From: Pseudomonadota bacterium
GTDB taxonomy: Bacteria > Bdellovibrionota > Bdellovibrionia > Bdellovibrionales > Bdellovibrionaceae
Reading direction: 5' to 3'
Assembly: GCA_041178425.1 (NCBI GenBank)
Contig: JBEGVH010000006.1
Span: forward strand, 192,001 to 256,000
Length of the DNA stretch: 64,000 bases
The notes under the pieces were generated by a model that did no database searches, had not been told where the DNA came from, and saw only the letters and a list, made by a program, of their open reading frames with translations. Of the stretch, positions 9,447 through 18,772 are shown piece by piece. The translations under genes were made by a program, and so were the position numbers. How positions within the stretch are numbered: position 1 is the stretch's first letter; each line of letters opens with the position of its first letter.

Positions 9447-10577
9447 ATGCCGACTAATGAAATTCTTCAGCAACTTGCCGATCACAAATACGCCATTGAT
9501 CAATCCTCGATTGTGGCAATCACCGATGCCAATGGTGTAATTACTTACGTCAATGAACGCTTTTGTAATGTATCTGGTTATCAACCTGAAGAGTTGGTGG
9601 GAAAAACTCACTCGATATTAAATTCTAAGTACCACCCTTTGAGTTTCTTCCAAGTGATGTGGAAGACCATCAAAGGCGGTGGTGTTTGGCGAGGAGAAGT
9701 GCGAAATCGACGCAAGGATGGATCTTATTACTGGGTTGATACCACCATAGTCCCCTTTCGGAACTCGCAAGGTGCAATTTATCAATTTCTTTCCATTCGA
9801 AACGAAATTACTGATCTTAAAGAGGCTCAACGAGTCATCTCAGAACAACAAGCCCGCCTCGCTGTGGCCTCAAAATTCTCTGGACTTGGTGAAATGGCCG
9901 CCAATCTCACTCACGAAATCAATAATCCCTTGGCGGCTATTTTAGGCCGATGCGAAATGCTTTTGACCAACCTGGAGCGTGCCGAGCTCGACAAAGAGTA
10001 TGTGCGAAAATCTGTAGAAACGATCGAATTTACCGCTCGTCGTATTGAAAAAATCATCCGCAGTATGCGCAGTTTTTCGGTGGCGCGAGATGGAGATCCC
10101 TTTGAAATCAAATCACTTCAATCTATCGTCGACGAAACAATCGATTTTGTTCAGCAACGTTTTAAAGATCACGGAATTGATCTTCTGGTAAACCCAATTC
10201 CGCCCCATCTTGAACTTGAATGCCGCGGCACCGAAGTTAGCCAGGTTCTTTTGAATCTTTTCAATAATGCTTTTGATGCCGTACGTTCTTACGAGGAAAA
10301 GTGGGTCAAAGTCGAAGTGTTCTCGCTTGGCGATTCTCAAATTCAGATTTATGTTACTGATAGTGGAAATGGAATTGATTTAGAGGTGGCACAGAGAATT
10401 TTTCAACCCTTCTTTTCTACCAAAGAAAAACAATACGGTACAGGACTTGGGCTCAGCATTTCAAAAGGGCTTATAGAAAAGCACAATGGTTCAATTGAGA
10501 TCGAGCATAGCTTTCCAAAGACGCGATTTGTGATCACTCTCCCTCTCAGGCAGCCAAACCCCTCTTTAAAGGCCTAG
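9447..10577 (+). CDS. Cytoplasmic PAS-domain sensor histidine kinase
   Basis: PAS (ITDANGVITYVN...NRRKDGSYYWV), H-box THEINNPL, N, G1 and G2 boxes; no TM helix. Confidence 0.92.
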   Translation: MPTNEILQQLADHKYAIDQSSIVAITDANGVITYVNERFCNVSGYQPEELVGKTHSILNSKYHPLSFFQVMWKTIKGGGVWRGEVRNRRKDGSYYWVDTTIVPFRNSQGAIYQFLSIRNEITDLKEAQRVISEQQARLAVASKFSGLGEMAANLTHEINNPLAAILGRCEMLLTNLERAELDKEYVRKSVETIEFTARRIEKIIRSMRSFSVARDGDPFEIKSLQSIVDETIDFVQQRFKDHGIDLLVNPIPPHLELECRGTEVSQVLLNLFNNAFDAVRSYEEKWVKVEVFSLGDSQIQIYVTDSGNGIDLEVAQRIFQPFFSTKEKQYGTGLGLSISKGLIEKHNGSIEIEHSFPKTRFVITLPLRQPNPSLKA

Positions 10578-11062
10578 TAAACATCGATAATCTCGTACTC
10601 CTTCTCTGTTTTTCCGAGGTCGACGGTAACCAGATCTCCTTTTTTTGTCTGCAAGAGCGCTTCACCGAGGGGAGTGCTTGGGGTGACCACCTGCACGCGA
10701 ATTCCATCGACCACAACGGCAATACCGCCCCCTTTGGGCATAAAAAATAGTGTGTTTTTTTTATCATCACACTCAACGTCAATGAGCGCCGTTGCTGTGA
10801 TGGCAGAATCAGAATTAAATTTTTGGAGCGCAATATGTTTAAAATCATACAAGGCCTCTTTTAACTCGGCCACGCGCTGAGCCTGTCCTCGGGCTACATA
10901 GGACGCTTCGAGGGCTCGCGTATCGTATTCGTTTTCGGGCTTGCTTTCTTCGTTCGTAGCATCTTGATGGGCGACCTTTGCGGCATTGATTGCCACCTCC
11001 AACTCTTTTTCGATTTGATCAACAATCGCATCTATCACTTTTTTCTTATCAAGTCTCGCCAT
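10574..11062 (-). CDS. GreA/GreB-like elongation factor family protein
   Basis: ENEYDTRALEASY coiled coil and VVTPSTPLGEALL...GD C-terminal motif; GGAG RBS before ATG 11062. Confidence 0.8.
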   Translation of the reverse strand: MARLDKKKVIDAIVDQIEKELEVAINAAKVAHQDATNEESKPENEYDTRALEASYVARGQAQRVAELKEALYDFKHIALQKFNSDSAITATALIDVECDDKKNTLFFMPKGGGIAVVVDGIRVQVVTPSTPLGEALLQTKKGDLVTVDLGKTEKEYEIIDVY

Positions 11063-11362
11063 GAGGTCTCCGTGTCTTCGTTCAAGCGCCGTTGAGTTGA
11101 TTAGTGGAGTCCTCATTATATCCCCCTCTGTGAACAAATGAAAAGTGTTTCGCTGGTGTCAAGATGTAGGAGTGTTTTTGATTTCTGTGAACTCAAGAAT
11201 CATTAAGGGCTGAATGGCTAATGATGCTAATGGTTTAGGCAATAGTTTGGGCTATTAAATGGCTGCCAGATGTAAAAAACTCAGCGCCTCTGATTTCAAA
11301 TCGAATACTGAGCTTATGTTGATGGTATGGCATTTGTTAGTAGTCCTTGTATGGAGAAATCT

Positions 11363-12565
11363 ATGGCGAAAAACATGCGTTTATTCATCCTTGTTGGAAG
11401 TGCTCTGGTCACTGTAAATACTTCAGTGGTGTTTGCTAGTAAAACTCTAAAGCCACAGTCTCTGCCTGAGCTTCCACCAGCTCTAGAGAGATTATCACCC
11501 ATTGATCTTAAAGGATCATTCATGGATCCACGAGTTCCTCGAGACCAAGGCCCATGGTTTGAAGGTTGGTATTATCGAATTAATGATAAAAATTCTAACC
11601 GATCGATTGCAATTATAGCCACTAGCTATCTTGACCCGCAGGAGACTTTTTCGGTTACTAAACCCATGAAAGGCTATATTGCCGTTTTAGTGAGTCACGG
11701 ACCGCAAATGCCCCTTCAGGTTTATGAGTACTTTCCGCAACAAACGTTTCTTTACATGAATAACAAACTTCTCTCTCATAGTTCAAAGTATGGAGAAAAA
11801 CCATCCTTTACCTGGGTTGCAGAAAAGTATGGGAGCATTTCTGCGACGGAAGTAGATCTTTCTCTCCCTGATATCACGGTAAAAGCGAAGTTCAAGGATC
11901 GAATTCCATGGAGTGCTTCCTTTAGCGATTGGGGGCCAGGTGGTATTTCAACGTATATTAATGCTGTTCCCTTAAAGTGGTTTGTTTATAGCCTTGGCTC
12001 CCAAGCAACGTATGAACTTCGATCTGCTCAGGGGTCTATTATCCAACAAGGTGAAGGTTATGCTCACCAAGAAAAAAACTGGGGTGATTCGTTCCCAAAT
12101 CGTTGGATATGGATGCAGGGAATTCATGCTGATAATCAAGCCCAGTTGGCCTTGGCTGGAGGCGTGGTTCGAGTGGCGGGTATAGATATAGAAAAGTGGG
12201 TCGTTGCCTATAAGGCGCCTGGTCTTGATATCCGGTTCGAAAGCGACCAACTCCATACCGAATTCTTTAAAAAGATTGATGGTCGAGGTGGAAAATTTGA
12301 ATTTTTAGCTTCGGACCTCAACTATGTTATGACGGTGAAAGCTAAAAGCTTAGCCCAACAGTTCGGATCGGTCTCAATCCCAACACTAAATGGCTACCGA
12401 AAAAACGGTGCCAAAGAGTCTTTTTCGACGACGATCGAAATAGAAGTTTTCAAAAATACCTTTCCTTTTACGGCCCGCTCTCGGCAACTTGTTGATAAGC
12501 GCGTGATTTCGAATGCGGCCCTTGAGTTCGGTAACCAATATATGCAGACAGGCTCAGCCCAATAA
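11363..12565 (+). CDS. Tocopherol cyclase (VTE1)-like protein with signal peptide
   Basis: WFEGWYYRI, GYAHQEKNWGDSFPNRWIWMQ, LALAGG and AALEFG motifs. Confidence 0.75.
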   Translation: MAKNMRLFILVGSALVTVNTSVVFASKTLKPQSLPELPPALERLSPIDLKGSFMDPRVPRDQGPWFEGWYYRINDKNSNRSIAIIATSYLDPQETFSVTKPMKGYIAVLVSHGPQMPLQVYEYFPQQTFLYMNNKLLSHSSKYGEKPSFTWVAEKYGSISATEVDLSLPDITVKAKFKDRIPWSASFSDWGPGGISTYINAVPLKWFVYSLGSQATYELRSAQGSIIQQGEGYAHQEKNWGDSFPNRWIWMQGIHADNQAQLALAGGVVRVAGIDIEKWVVAYKAPGLDIRFESDQLHTEFFKKIDGRGGKFEFLASDLNYVMTVKAKSLAQQFGSVSIPTLNGYRKNGAKESFSTTIEIEVFKNTFPFTARSRQLVDKRVISNAALEFGNQYMQTGSAQ

Positions 12566-12766
12566 GCTGAGCCTCGACCTCGCTTTATCCAGACTAAATT
12601 CATCGATTGAATCTAACGAAAAAGCGAGCCCACGAGGGCTCCCTGAATCCTAAGCTCTATCAATCAATAAAATCGCCTTGGATGTGGAGTCTCACCTAAC
12701 AAGCCAAATGGAGGCAACAGATGAGTGTCGAAGCCTTGAGGGTTGGCACTCATCAATGACTTTCTG

Positions 12767-14476
12767 CTAAGGAACGAATGGTGCCAATACTGGAATCACG
12801 GCCACCGGGGGCAGTTGATCATTAGGTGAAGATCGAATCTCTTCCTTTTTCTCAAATAAGTTGGTGCTTGCTTTGTTGTAGGCCGCGTATCCTAAACCTT
12901 GATCAATGCTACCGAGCAAATAACCAACGAGTTTCAATTTCGGATTTTTAAACTTTTCAGCAAGATCGTTGGTCCATCTTAACATTTTAATATCCAGGTG
13001 AACCTGGCTGCCACCAATCAGAATCTCCCACGCCGTATCAAAAGACACCCTTGAAATATCTGATTTACCTTGAACCAAAATATTAACCGATGTCGAATCC
13101 ACCAAAGTTATCATTGAGCAGATGGCATACTTGGTTGCAAGTCCCGCCCCTTTTCTAGAAAGCGCTTCGGAGGCTCCAGACAAGAGACTGGTTTGCAAGG
13201 TCATATAAGAGAGATTCTGAAGTAATCCCTTATCGTTTGCTACCTGATTAATAAAATCTCGAGATGATTGCACTGGATGATCCAAAACGAGGGGTGCACT
13301 CGAAAAACTCCAGTATCCCCTTGCATACGACTCGACCGCTAACTGTACGGTCTGTGCTGTAGCAATGTATCCTTTTCTGTCCCAAATAGAGGTGCTGAGG
13401 TCGCGTAAAGATGATCCGATTCTCATAAGGGCACGAGAAAAAATAGCTCTTCGTGATACCCACTGTAGAGCTTCACTTTCGGATGTAAAGCGAACCATTT
13501 TATTGGTTCCTATTGATCCAGAGATCTCTGCGCCCTTAGCCAAATAGTTCAGACCGACCTTTGCTGAGGTTTCTTCTTCAGCGTTGATTGTTGTTTTGTT
13601 GATAAGGCCCTTTTTCCAAACTTTTTGTTCTTCAATGGCAGTTTTAAAATAGGCTTTCATCGATGATACGGTTGAACCATTAAGAGCTTTCACCGCAAGA
13701 AACTTGATTCCTCGAAAAATGATACCATTACCCACAAACAGCGCCACATCGCCCATGATTCGATTGTGCCGTTCTTCAATTTGAGATGTCGTCCATCGAT
13801 AAAGAAGTTGAGACCAACCGTCTTTACTGACTCTCTGTAGTTCTTTAAGAAGATAAGGATCTTTACCAGACTCCTTGAGATCACTGATCTTGTAATCCAA
13901 ATCAAGCAGATCAATTTGGGTACGTTCAAATTCCTTGGCGGTATCAATTTCGCCCTGAACAGTCATAAATAAGTTCTGCAATAACTCTTTTCCGATGAGC
14001 GTCGCAAGCCAACGAGGTTCGTTCAATGAAAACTCAAGGACAATAGCGCGGGCCGTGGGCCAAACATCACTGCTTGTGGCTGTTCGACGAAAGCTCTTAA
14101 CAATGGCTCCTTCGGAGTAAAACCAAGCATCAATGATGTGATCGGCGTTTGTGTCTCTTCCCCTTAGTACAACAAGACTAGTCTCTTTTGCTAACCAATG
14201 CGCCTCGATGAGCGATACTTCAACGGCATTTTCGCCATGACGATTGATGTAATACTCAATTTTGTAGCGAAAGGTTTTTTGATCGGGGGTTGTAATAACA
14301 CGAACCTCTCGACGATCTAAGAGGTCAACCTGAGGCTTTACATCCTGAGCCAAGGCCTCTTGGGCTAACAAGCAGAGCGCTGCCACCACGACAACCAACG
14401 AGGCTACCACCAAAGTCGAAAATTTACGGAGACGGAGACCGATTCCAAAAACGTCCAGGTTTCTAATTGAAGACAT
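12767..14476 (-). CDS. Hypothetical exported/membrane protein
   Basis: 569-aa ORF with signal peptide ending ALA-Q; sigma-54 promoter upstream. Confidence 0.65.
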   Translation of the reverse strand: MSSIRNLDVFGIGLRLRKFSTLVVASLVVVVAALCLLAQEALAQDVKPQVDLLDRREVRVITTPDQKTFRYKIEYYINRHGENAVEVSLIEAHWLAKETSLVVLRGRDTNADHIIDAWFYSEGAIVKSFRRTATSSDVWPTARAIVLEFSLNEPRWLATLIGKELLQNLFMTVQGEIDTAKEFERTQIDLLDLDYKISDLKESGKDPYLLKELQRVSKDGWSQLLYRWTTSQIEERHNRIMGDVALFVGNGIIFRGIKFLAVKALNGSTVSSMKAYFKTAIEEQKVWKKGLINKTTINAEEETSAKVGLNYLAKGAEISGSIGTNKMVRFTSESEALQWVSRRAIFSRALMRIGSSLRDLSTSIWDRKGYIATAQTVQLAVESYARGYWSFSSAPLVLDHPVQSSRDFINQVANDKGLLQNLSYMTLQTSLLSGASEALSRKGAGLATKYAICSMITLVDSTSVNILVQGKSDISRVSFDTAWEILIGGSQVHLDIKMLRWTNDLAEKFKNPKLKLVGYLLGSIDQGLGYAAYNKASTNLFEKKEEIRSSPNDQLPPVAVIPVLAPFVP

Positions 14477-14535
14477 GCAAACTCCGATGTCGGAAAACTC
14501 TCTCCGATAATCGGTGAAGAGCTATTGCTGGTGAG

Positions 14536-14551
14536 AGCAATGAATGTGCCA
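14536..14551 (-). promoter_or_regulatory. Sigma-54 (-24/-12) promoter
   Basis: TGGCAC-ATTCA-TTGCT, an exact match to the TGGCAC-N5-TTGC consensus, 60 bp upstream of ATG 14476. Confidence 0.75.
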
Positions 14552-14777
14552 CCGACAATTGAAAAGTTTCTCTGATGCGATTGAAATCGACACCCATTGC
14601 GATCAAATGTAAATTCAACAACCTAACCTTTTTGGTTAGATATTAAAGCTTAGGTTGTTGAATTCCCTGGTTTTTTCGAAAGTTGATCACCTTTTAAGTA
14701 TAACTCAATTAACGATGACTGTGAAAAAGTAAAAATCTGGAGCCACTTTGAGGCCAAGACAACAAGTCATTATTTGC

Positions 14778-15158
14778 TTATTTTTGAAACCCTTTCAAAG
14801 ACACCCTCAGAGTGGCGAAAGCCGTGAGGGTCATCATCAAAAGAAAACTTAGGTTCGAAAACGAGTGCCATTGACTACCCGTGATTCCGAAAAAAGTCTC
14901 GGTATTAAAATCACCTTGCCAAGAGACTAGGCGTAACACTGAAATCGGAAGAACTGCAGCAAACAAAAACTGAAAACCTGCAAAAACGAGAAACCTTCGC
15001 TGTTGACCACGAAAAGTGATAGCCAAAAGAGCTGTCGTCAAAAAAACACCGTTGGCCAAAAGCGAAAGCCATTTTTTTTCGCCAGGCAATTTAAAAATTA
15101 AAATGATCAATGGAATCACAATGAGCTGCCAAAGAAGCAAAGATCGTGGATTTGTCAT
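14778..15158 (-). CDS. Small 4-TM membrane protein
   Basis: Four hydrophobic helices; ATGA overlap with the upstream nucleotidyltransferase gene. Confidence 0.7.
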   Translation of the reverse strand: MTNPRSLLLWQLIVIPLIILIFKLPGEKKWLSLLANGVFLTTALLAITFRGQQRRFLVFAGFQFLFAAVLPISVLRLVSWQGDFNTETFFGITGSQWHSFSNLSFLLMMTLTAFATLRVSLKGFQK

Positions 15159-15838
15159 AAAAGTACCTCGGTTGAAAGAATGGAAGTGTCTCGAGTAAGA
15201 TCTCGAAAATGATCTAACGGGCACTCACCCAATCGACCCTCTAATACTTTTGGAGAGTCCTCTCGTTGACTCTGACGTTGCGATTCAAAGAGAGAGTGCC
15301 CGATGCTTCCTCTGAAGCCGAGCACGCCCCAGGCGCGCTCTTCGGCCCTCAAGGCTTTGTTTGGCTTTTCTGATACCTCAAACAAATGGGCGCTTATCTT
15401 TCTAAGAAAGCCCCAATTTTGACAATCACTCACTGAATGACTACCTACCATCACGTCATGATCATCCAAGCCTATATTTATTTGGTCCAAAACATCCACT
15501 GGAGAAAACTCAACGTCAGGAAGTATGAGAATATTCTTATTGGTCCAATAAGCGTGAGATAGAGACATTGTTGTTGTCCAGTCGGGGGTAGAATCAACGA
15601 GACACAGCTTGACCATGGGAAACTGAAGGGTCAGAAAATCAATTAACAATTGCTTGTCATGTCTCGTGATAACAACGGCATTCCAATGTCGCTCTTGAGC
15701 CCACATTAAAGGGGCTTGAATGAGAGGTTCCCCTGAATTGGGACGCAACAGAAGCTCCTTTGCCGGTGGAGAACCCACGCGAGTGCCAAAGCCAGCCGCA
15801 GGAATTAGAACTGTTGGAGCTTCGCAAATTTCGTTCAT
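15155..15838 (-). CDS. Sugar-phosphate nucleotidyltransferase-like protein
   Basis: LIPAAGFGTRV...AKELL, LPD and EKP motifs. Confidence 0.75.
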   Translation of the reverse strand: MNEICEAPTVLIPAAGFGTRVGSPPAKELLLRPNSGEPLIQAPLMWAQERHWNAVVITRHDKQLLIDFLTLQFPMVKLCLVDSTPDWTTTMSLSHAYWTNKNILILPDVEFSPVDVLDQINIGLDDHDVMVGSHSVSDCQNWGFLRKISAHLFEVSEKPNKALRAEERAWGVLGFRGSIGHSLFESQRQSQREDSPKVLEGRLGECPLDHFRDLTRDTSILSTEVLL

Positions 15839-15918
15839 TCAAGCTTGGGATTTAATGGGTTGAAAACCGAATGTCATCATTTAATTTGACTCCCCCGCCG
15901 TTCTTGCGATGATTAACT

Positions 15919-16626
15919 ATGTCACTTATTGAGTTAAATGGAATTCATAAATCGTATGTGCTCGGCGACAATAAAGTTCATGCCCTAAGAGGAATCAGTC
16001 TCTCTCTTGCCAAGGGTGAGTTTGCGGCTCTCATTGGAGCTTCAGGATCGGGAAAAAGCACTCTGCTTCATTTGCTTGGAACAATCGATGAGCCTGATGA
16101 AGGCCAATTTCTTTTGGATGGTGAAAACGTGCTTTCTTTATCAGAAGACGAGCGAAGCCTTCTTCGAAATAGAAAAATTGGTTTTATTTTTCAGAGCTTT
16201 CACCTTGTTCCTGTTTTGAATGTTTTCGAAAATGTTGAATTGCCGCTCCTCGTTCAAAAAGATTTGAGCAAAGAAGAGATTCGAAAGAGAGTCACCCAAG
16301 CCCTCGACGACGTGGGACTTGTTGAACTTGGCCACTACCCTCCTAACAAACTTTCGGGTGGTCAAAGACAACGAGTGGCTATTGCCAGAGCGTTGGTGAC
16401 CCACCCCTCCTTAATCCTCGCCGACGAGCCGACAGCCAATTTAGACTCAACAACCACGAATAAAATTGTGGATCTCCTTCTCGAACTCAATCAGAAAAGA
16501 AATGTTACATTTCTTTTCTGCACCCACGATGAAAAACTGATGAGTCGGGTCAACCGCCAAATTCGAATACAAGATGGTAAAATCGTGGCCGACACAAAAA
16601 TAAATACAAACTTTCCGGGAGCCTAA
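15919..16626 (+). CDS. ABC transporter ATP-binding protein (LolD/MacB type)
   Basis: GASGSGKST, LSGGQRQRVAIARAL, LADEPTANLD and THD motifs. Confidence 0.95.
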   Translation: MSLIELNGIHKSYVLGDNKVHALRGISLSLAKGEFAALIGASGSGKSTLLHLLGTIDEPDEGQFLLDGENVLSLSEDERSLLRNRKIGFIFQSFHLVPVLNVFENVELPLLVQKDLSKEEIRKRVTQALDDVGLVELGHYPPNKLSGGQRQRVAIARALVTHPSLILADEPTANLDSTTTNKIVDLLLELNQKRNVTFLFCTHDEKLMSRVNRQIRIQDGKIVADTKINTNFPGA

Positions 16627-17981
16627 TGAGACTTTGGCTTCTTGCTCTAAAAAATCTTTGGCGGAATCCGCGACGAACTATTGTCACCGGCCTTGCCATG
16701 TCGATCGGATTTGCCGGGCTGAGCCTTTTTAACGGCTATGTTCGCCGCATTGAAATCTCTTTAGCCCTTGGTTCAGTGTACGTTAATCATATGGGCCATT
16801 TGATGATCATGAAGAAAAACTGGATAGAAAAAGGACTCACGAGACCGGCCCTCTATTCTTTAAATCAAGAAGATCAGGCTCGTATCAAAACTTTTTTGAC
16901 TCCTTACGAAGACGCAATAGCTTATCAGGCGCCGCTGTTCATTGGAACTGGCCTCATTAGCAACGGCTGCCGAAGTGTGCCTTTTTTTCTAAAAGGTCTA
17001 ACCCCCGATTTTAAAAAGTGGGTCTTTACCAATGATGGTTTTCTTAAATGGGCGCAAAATTCAAAACCAAAATATTTTCGTGGAAAAGACTTTACCTTTT
17101 TTGAAGAGTCAGAATCAGCGCTGATGCTAACAGAAAATCTTGCTCGCCTGCTGAACAAACAAAATCTCTACACAAATCAGGAGTCAATGACCCCGGCTAA
17201 AATAATTGATTGCACTTCAATGTTAGATAAAGCTTCGGCCAGCAAAGACCCCTCGGTTCAACTCATGGCAAAAACACTTGATGGAGGACTGTCAGCCATC
17301 GACGCCAATGTGGTTGGTCATTTTAGCCTTGGTTTTATTTTTCTGGAAGATATGGGTGTACAGACGTCGTTGGCTTTGGCTCAAAGACTTTTCGATACTC
17401 AATCGATTTCTCGATGGATCACCTTTTTAAAGGATCCAAGCACTTTAAAAAAATGGAAGCTCAAAATAAAGCCGCAATTTGAAAAGCTGTTCCCAGACTT
17501 TGAGATGTTATTTTATGATGAAGAAAGAATTAATCCCTTTTATACTGGAACCGTAAGTTTTCTAAATAGTCTTTCGTTCTTTTTCGTGATTATCGCTGGA
17601 TTCGCAGTGAGTTTAGCGATTCTTAATTCTCTCACTATAAATATTATTGAGCGCTCACAGGAAATTGGAACTCTGAGGGCTCTAGGTTTCAAACAGTCAC
17701 AGTTAGCCTGGCTCTTAGGTCGAGAAATGCTTCTTTTATCGCTTCTGAGCTTGGTTGCGGGCCTGATGATCACCGAAATTGTGGCCGCTTTGATCAATCA
17801 AGTTAACCTTACCTTTGAACCCCCAGGGGCCTCTGGCCCAGTAAAATTGGAAGTCGCTCTCGACGGGCAGTTTCAATTTGTGGTATTCCTAGCTTTAACC
17901 GTTTTAGTCGGTGTTGGCAGTTTTTTTCTAGCAAAACGAAAACTTCGGTCGAATATTGTGGAACTACTCGTTCAAAGTTAG
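16626..17981 (+). CDS. ABC permease, FtsX/LolE-like
   Basis: ALKNLWRNPRRT N-terminus, ERSQEIGTLRALG, large periplasmic loop. Confidence 0.9.
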   Translation: MRLWLLALKNLWRNPRRTIVTGLAMSIGFAGLSLFNGYVRRIEISLALGSVYVNHMGHLMIMKKNWIEKGLTRPALYSLNQEDQARIKTFLTPYEDAIAYQAPLFIGTGLISNGCRSVPFFLKGLTPDFKKWVFTNDGFLKWAQNSKPKYFRGKDFTFFEESESALMLTENLARLLNKQNLYTNQESMTPAKIIDCTSMLDKASASKDPSVQLMAKTLDGGLSAIDANVVGHFSLGFIFLEDMGVQTSLALAQRLFDTQSISRWITFLKDPSTLKKWKLKIKPQFEKLFPDFEMLFYDEERINPFYTGTVSFLNSLSFFFVIIAGFAVSLAILNSLTINIIERSQEIGTLRALGFKQSQLAWLLGREMLLLSLLSLVAGLMITEIVAALINQVNLTFEPPGASGPVKLEVALDGQFQFVVFLALTVLVGVGSFFLAKRKLRSNIVELLVQS

Positions 17982-18026
17982 AACAAAAGACACCGTTGGC
18001 ACGACACCTAAAGGGAGAATTTAAAA

Positions 18027-18770
18027 ATGATCAAATTAATTCTTTTACTGACACTCTCGCTTCTGGCTCTGAGTCCCCTCTCTCTTGCCGAAACGATTGA
18101 CGTTCAGAAAATCCTTGAGTTTTCCGATCGCACCCGTGGAGGAATCGATGAGGGGCTAGAATGGACCGTCAATCTGACGACAGCCGAAGATGGCGAAACG
18201 TCTGAACGCAGATTTTTCATTAAAAATAAGCGTGAGGACTCGTTTGTTGAGAGCATGGCTCCTCAGAAATACAAAGGCGAGGTCTTCGTATTTAATGGCC
18301 GAACCATTTGGTTTTTCAAGCCTGGTCTTCGAAAACCAATTGCGATCTCATCAAAGCAAAAGCTCAGTGGCGTTGCCTCAAATGGAGATATCGCGTCAAC
18401 TAACTATGTGCGCGACTACTCCGGAACTTTTATTAAGTTGGAGCCAATAGAGAATGAGGAATGCTACCTTCTCCATCTAAAATCCAAAGCAAACGATACA
18501 ACCTATGATCAAATCAACTATTGGGTATCGAAAAAGTCTGGACTCGCCATTAAATCTGACTTTCTCTCTGTCAGCGGCAAAATCATGAAGACGGCTTTTT
18601 TTAAATATCAAAATAAAATCACCTATAAAAATGAAACCTATCCCTTCGTGAGTGAAATGAGAATAATTGACAGTAAGAACAGTCAAAATCAGAGTACGCT
18701 CATCTATTCTTCTCCAAAAATAAGAAATCATTCTACAAGTCTTTTTAATGTTAACAACTTGGTGAGATAA
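18027..18770 (+). CDS. LolA-like outer-membrane lipoprotein-sorting protein
   Basis: Signal peptide; WFFKPGLRKPIAIS...SNGDIA and TYDQINYWV motifs; lies within the ABC operon. Confidence 0.8.
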   Translation: MIKLILLLTLSLLALSPLSLAETIDVQKILEFSDRTRGGIDEGLEWTVNLTTAEDGETSERRFFIKNKREDSFVESMAPQKYKGEVFVFNGRTIWFFKPGLRKPIAISSKQKLSGVASNGDIASTNYVRDYSGTFIKLEPIENEECYLLHLKSKANDTTYDQINYWVSKKSGLAIKSDFLSVSGKIMKTAFFKYQNKITYKNETYPFVSEMRIIDSKNSQNQSTLIYSSPKIRNHSTSLFNVNNLVR

Positions 18771-18772
18771 CG

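Noticed and set aside
17997..18012. TGGCAC upstream of the LolA-like gene as a sigma-54 promoter
   Set aside because: No TTGC/-12 element at the required spacing.
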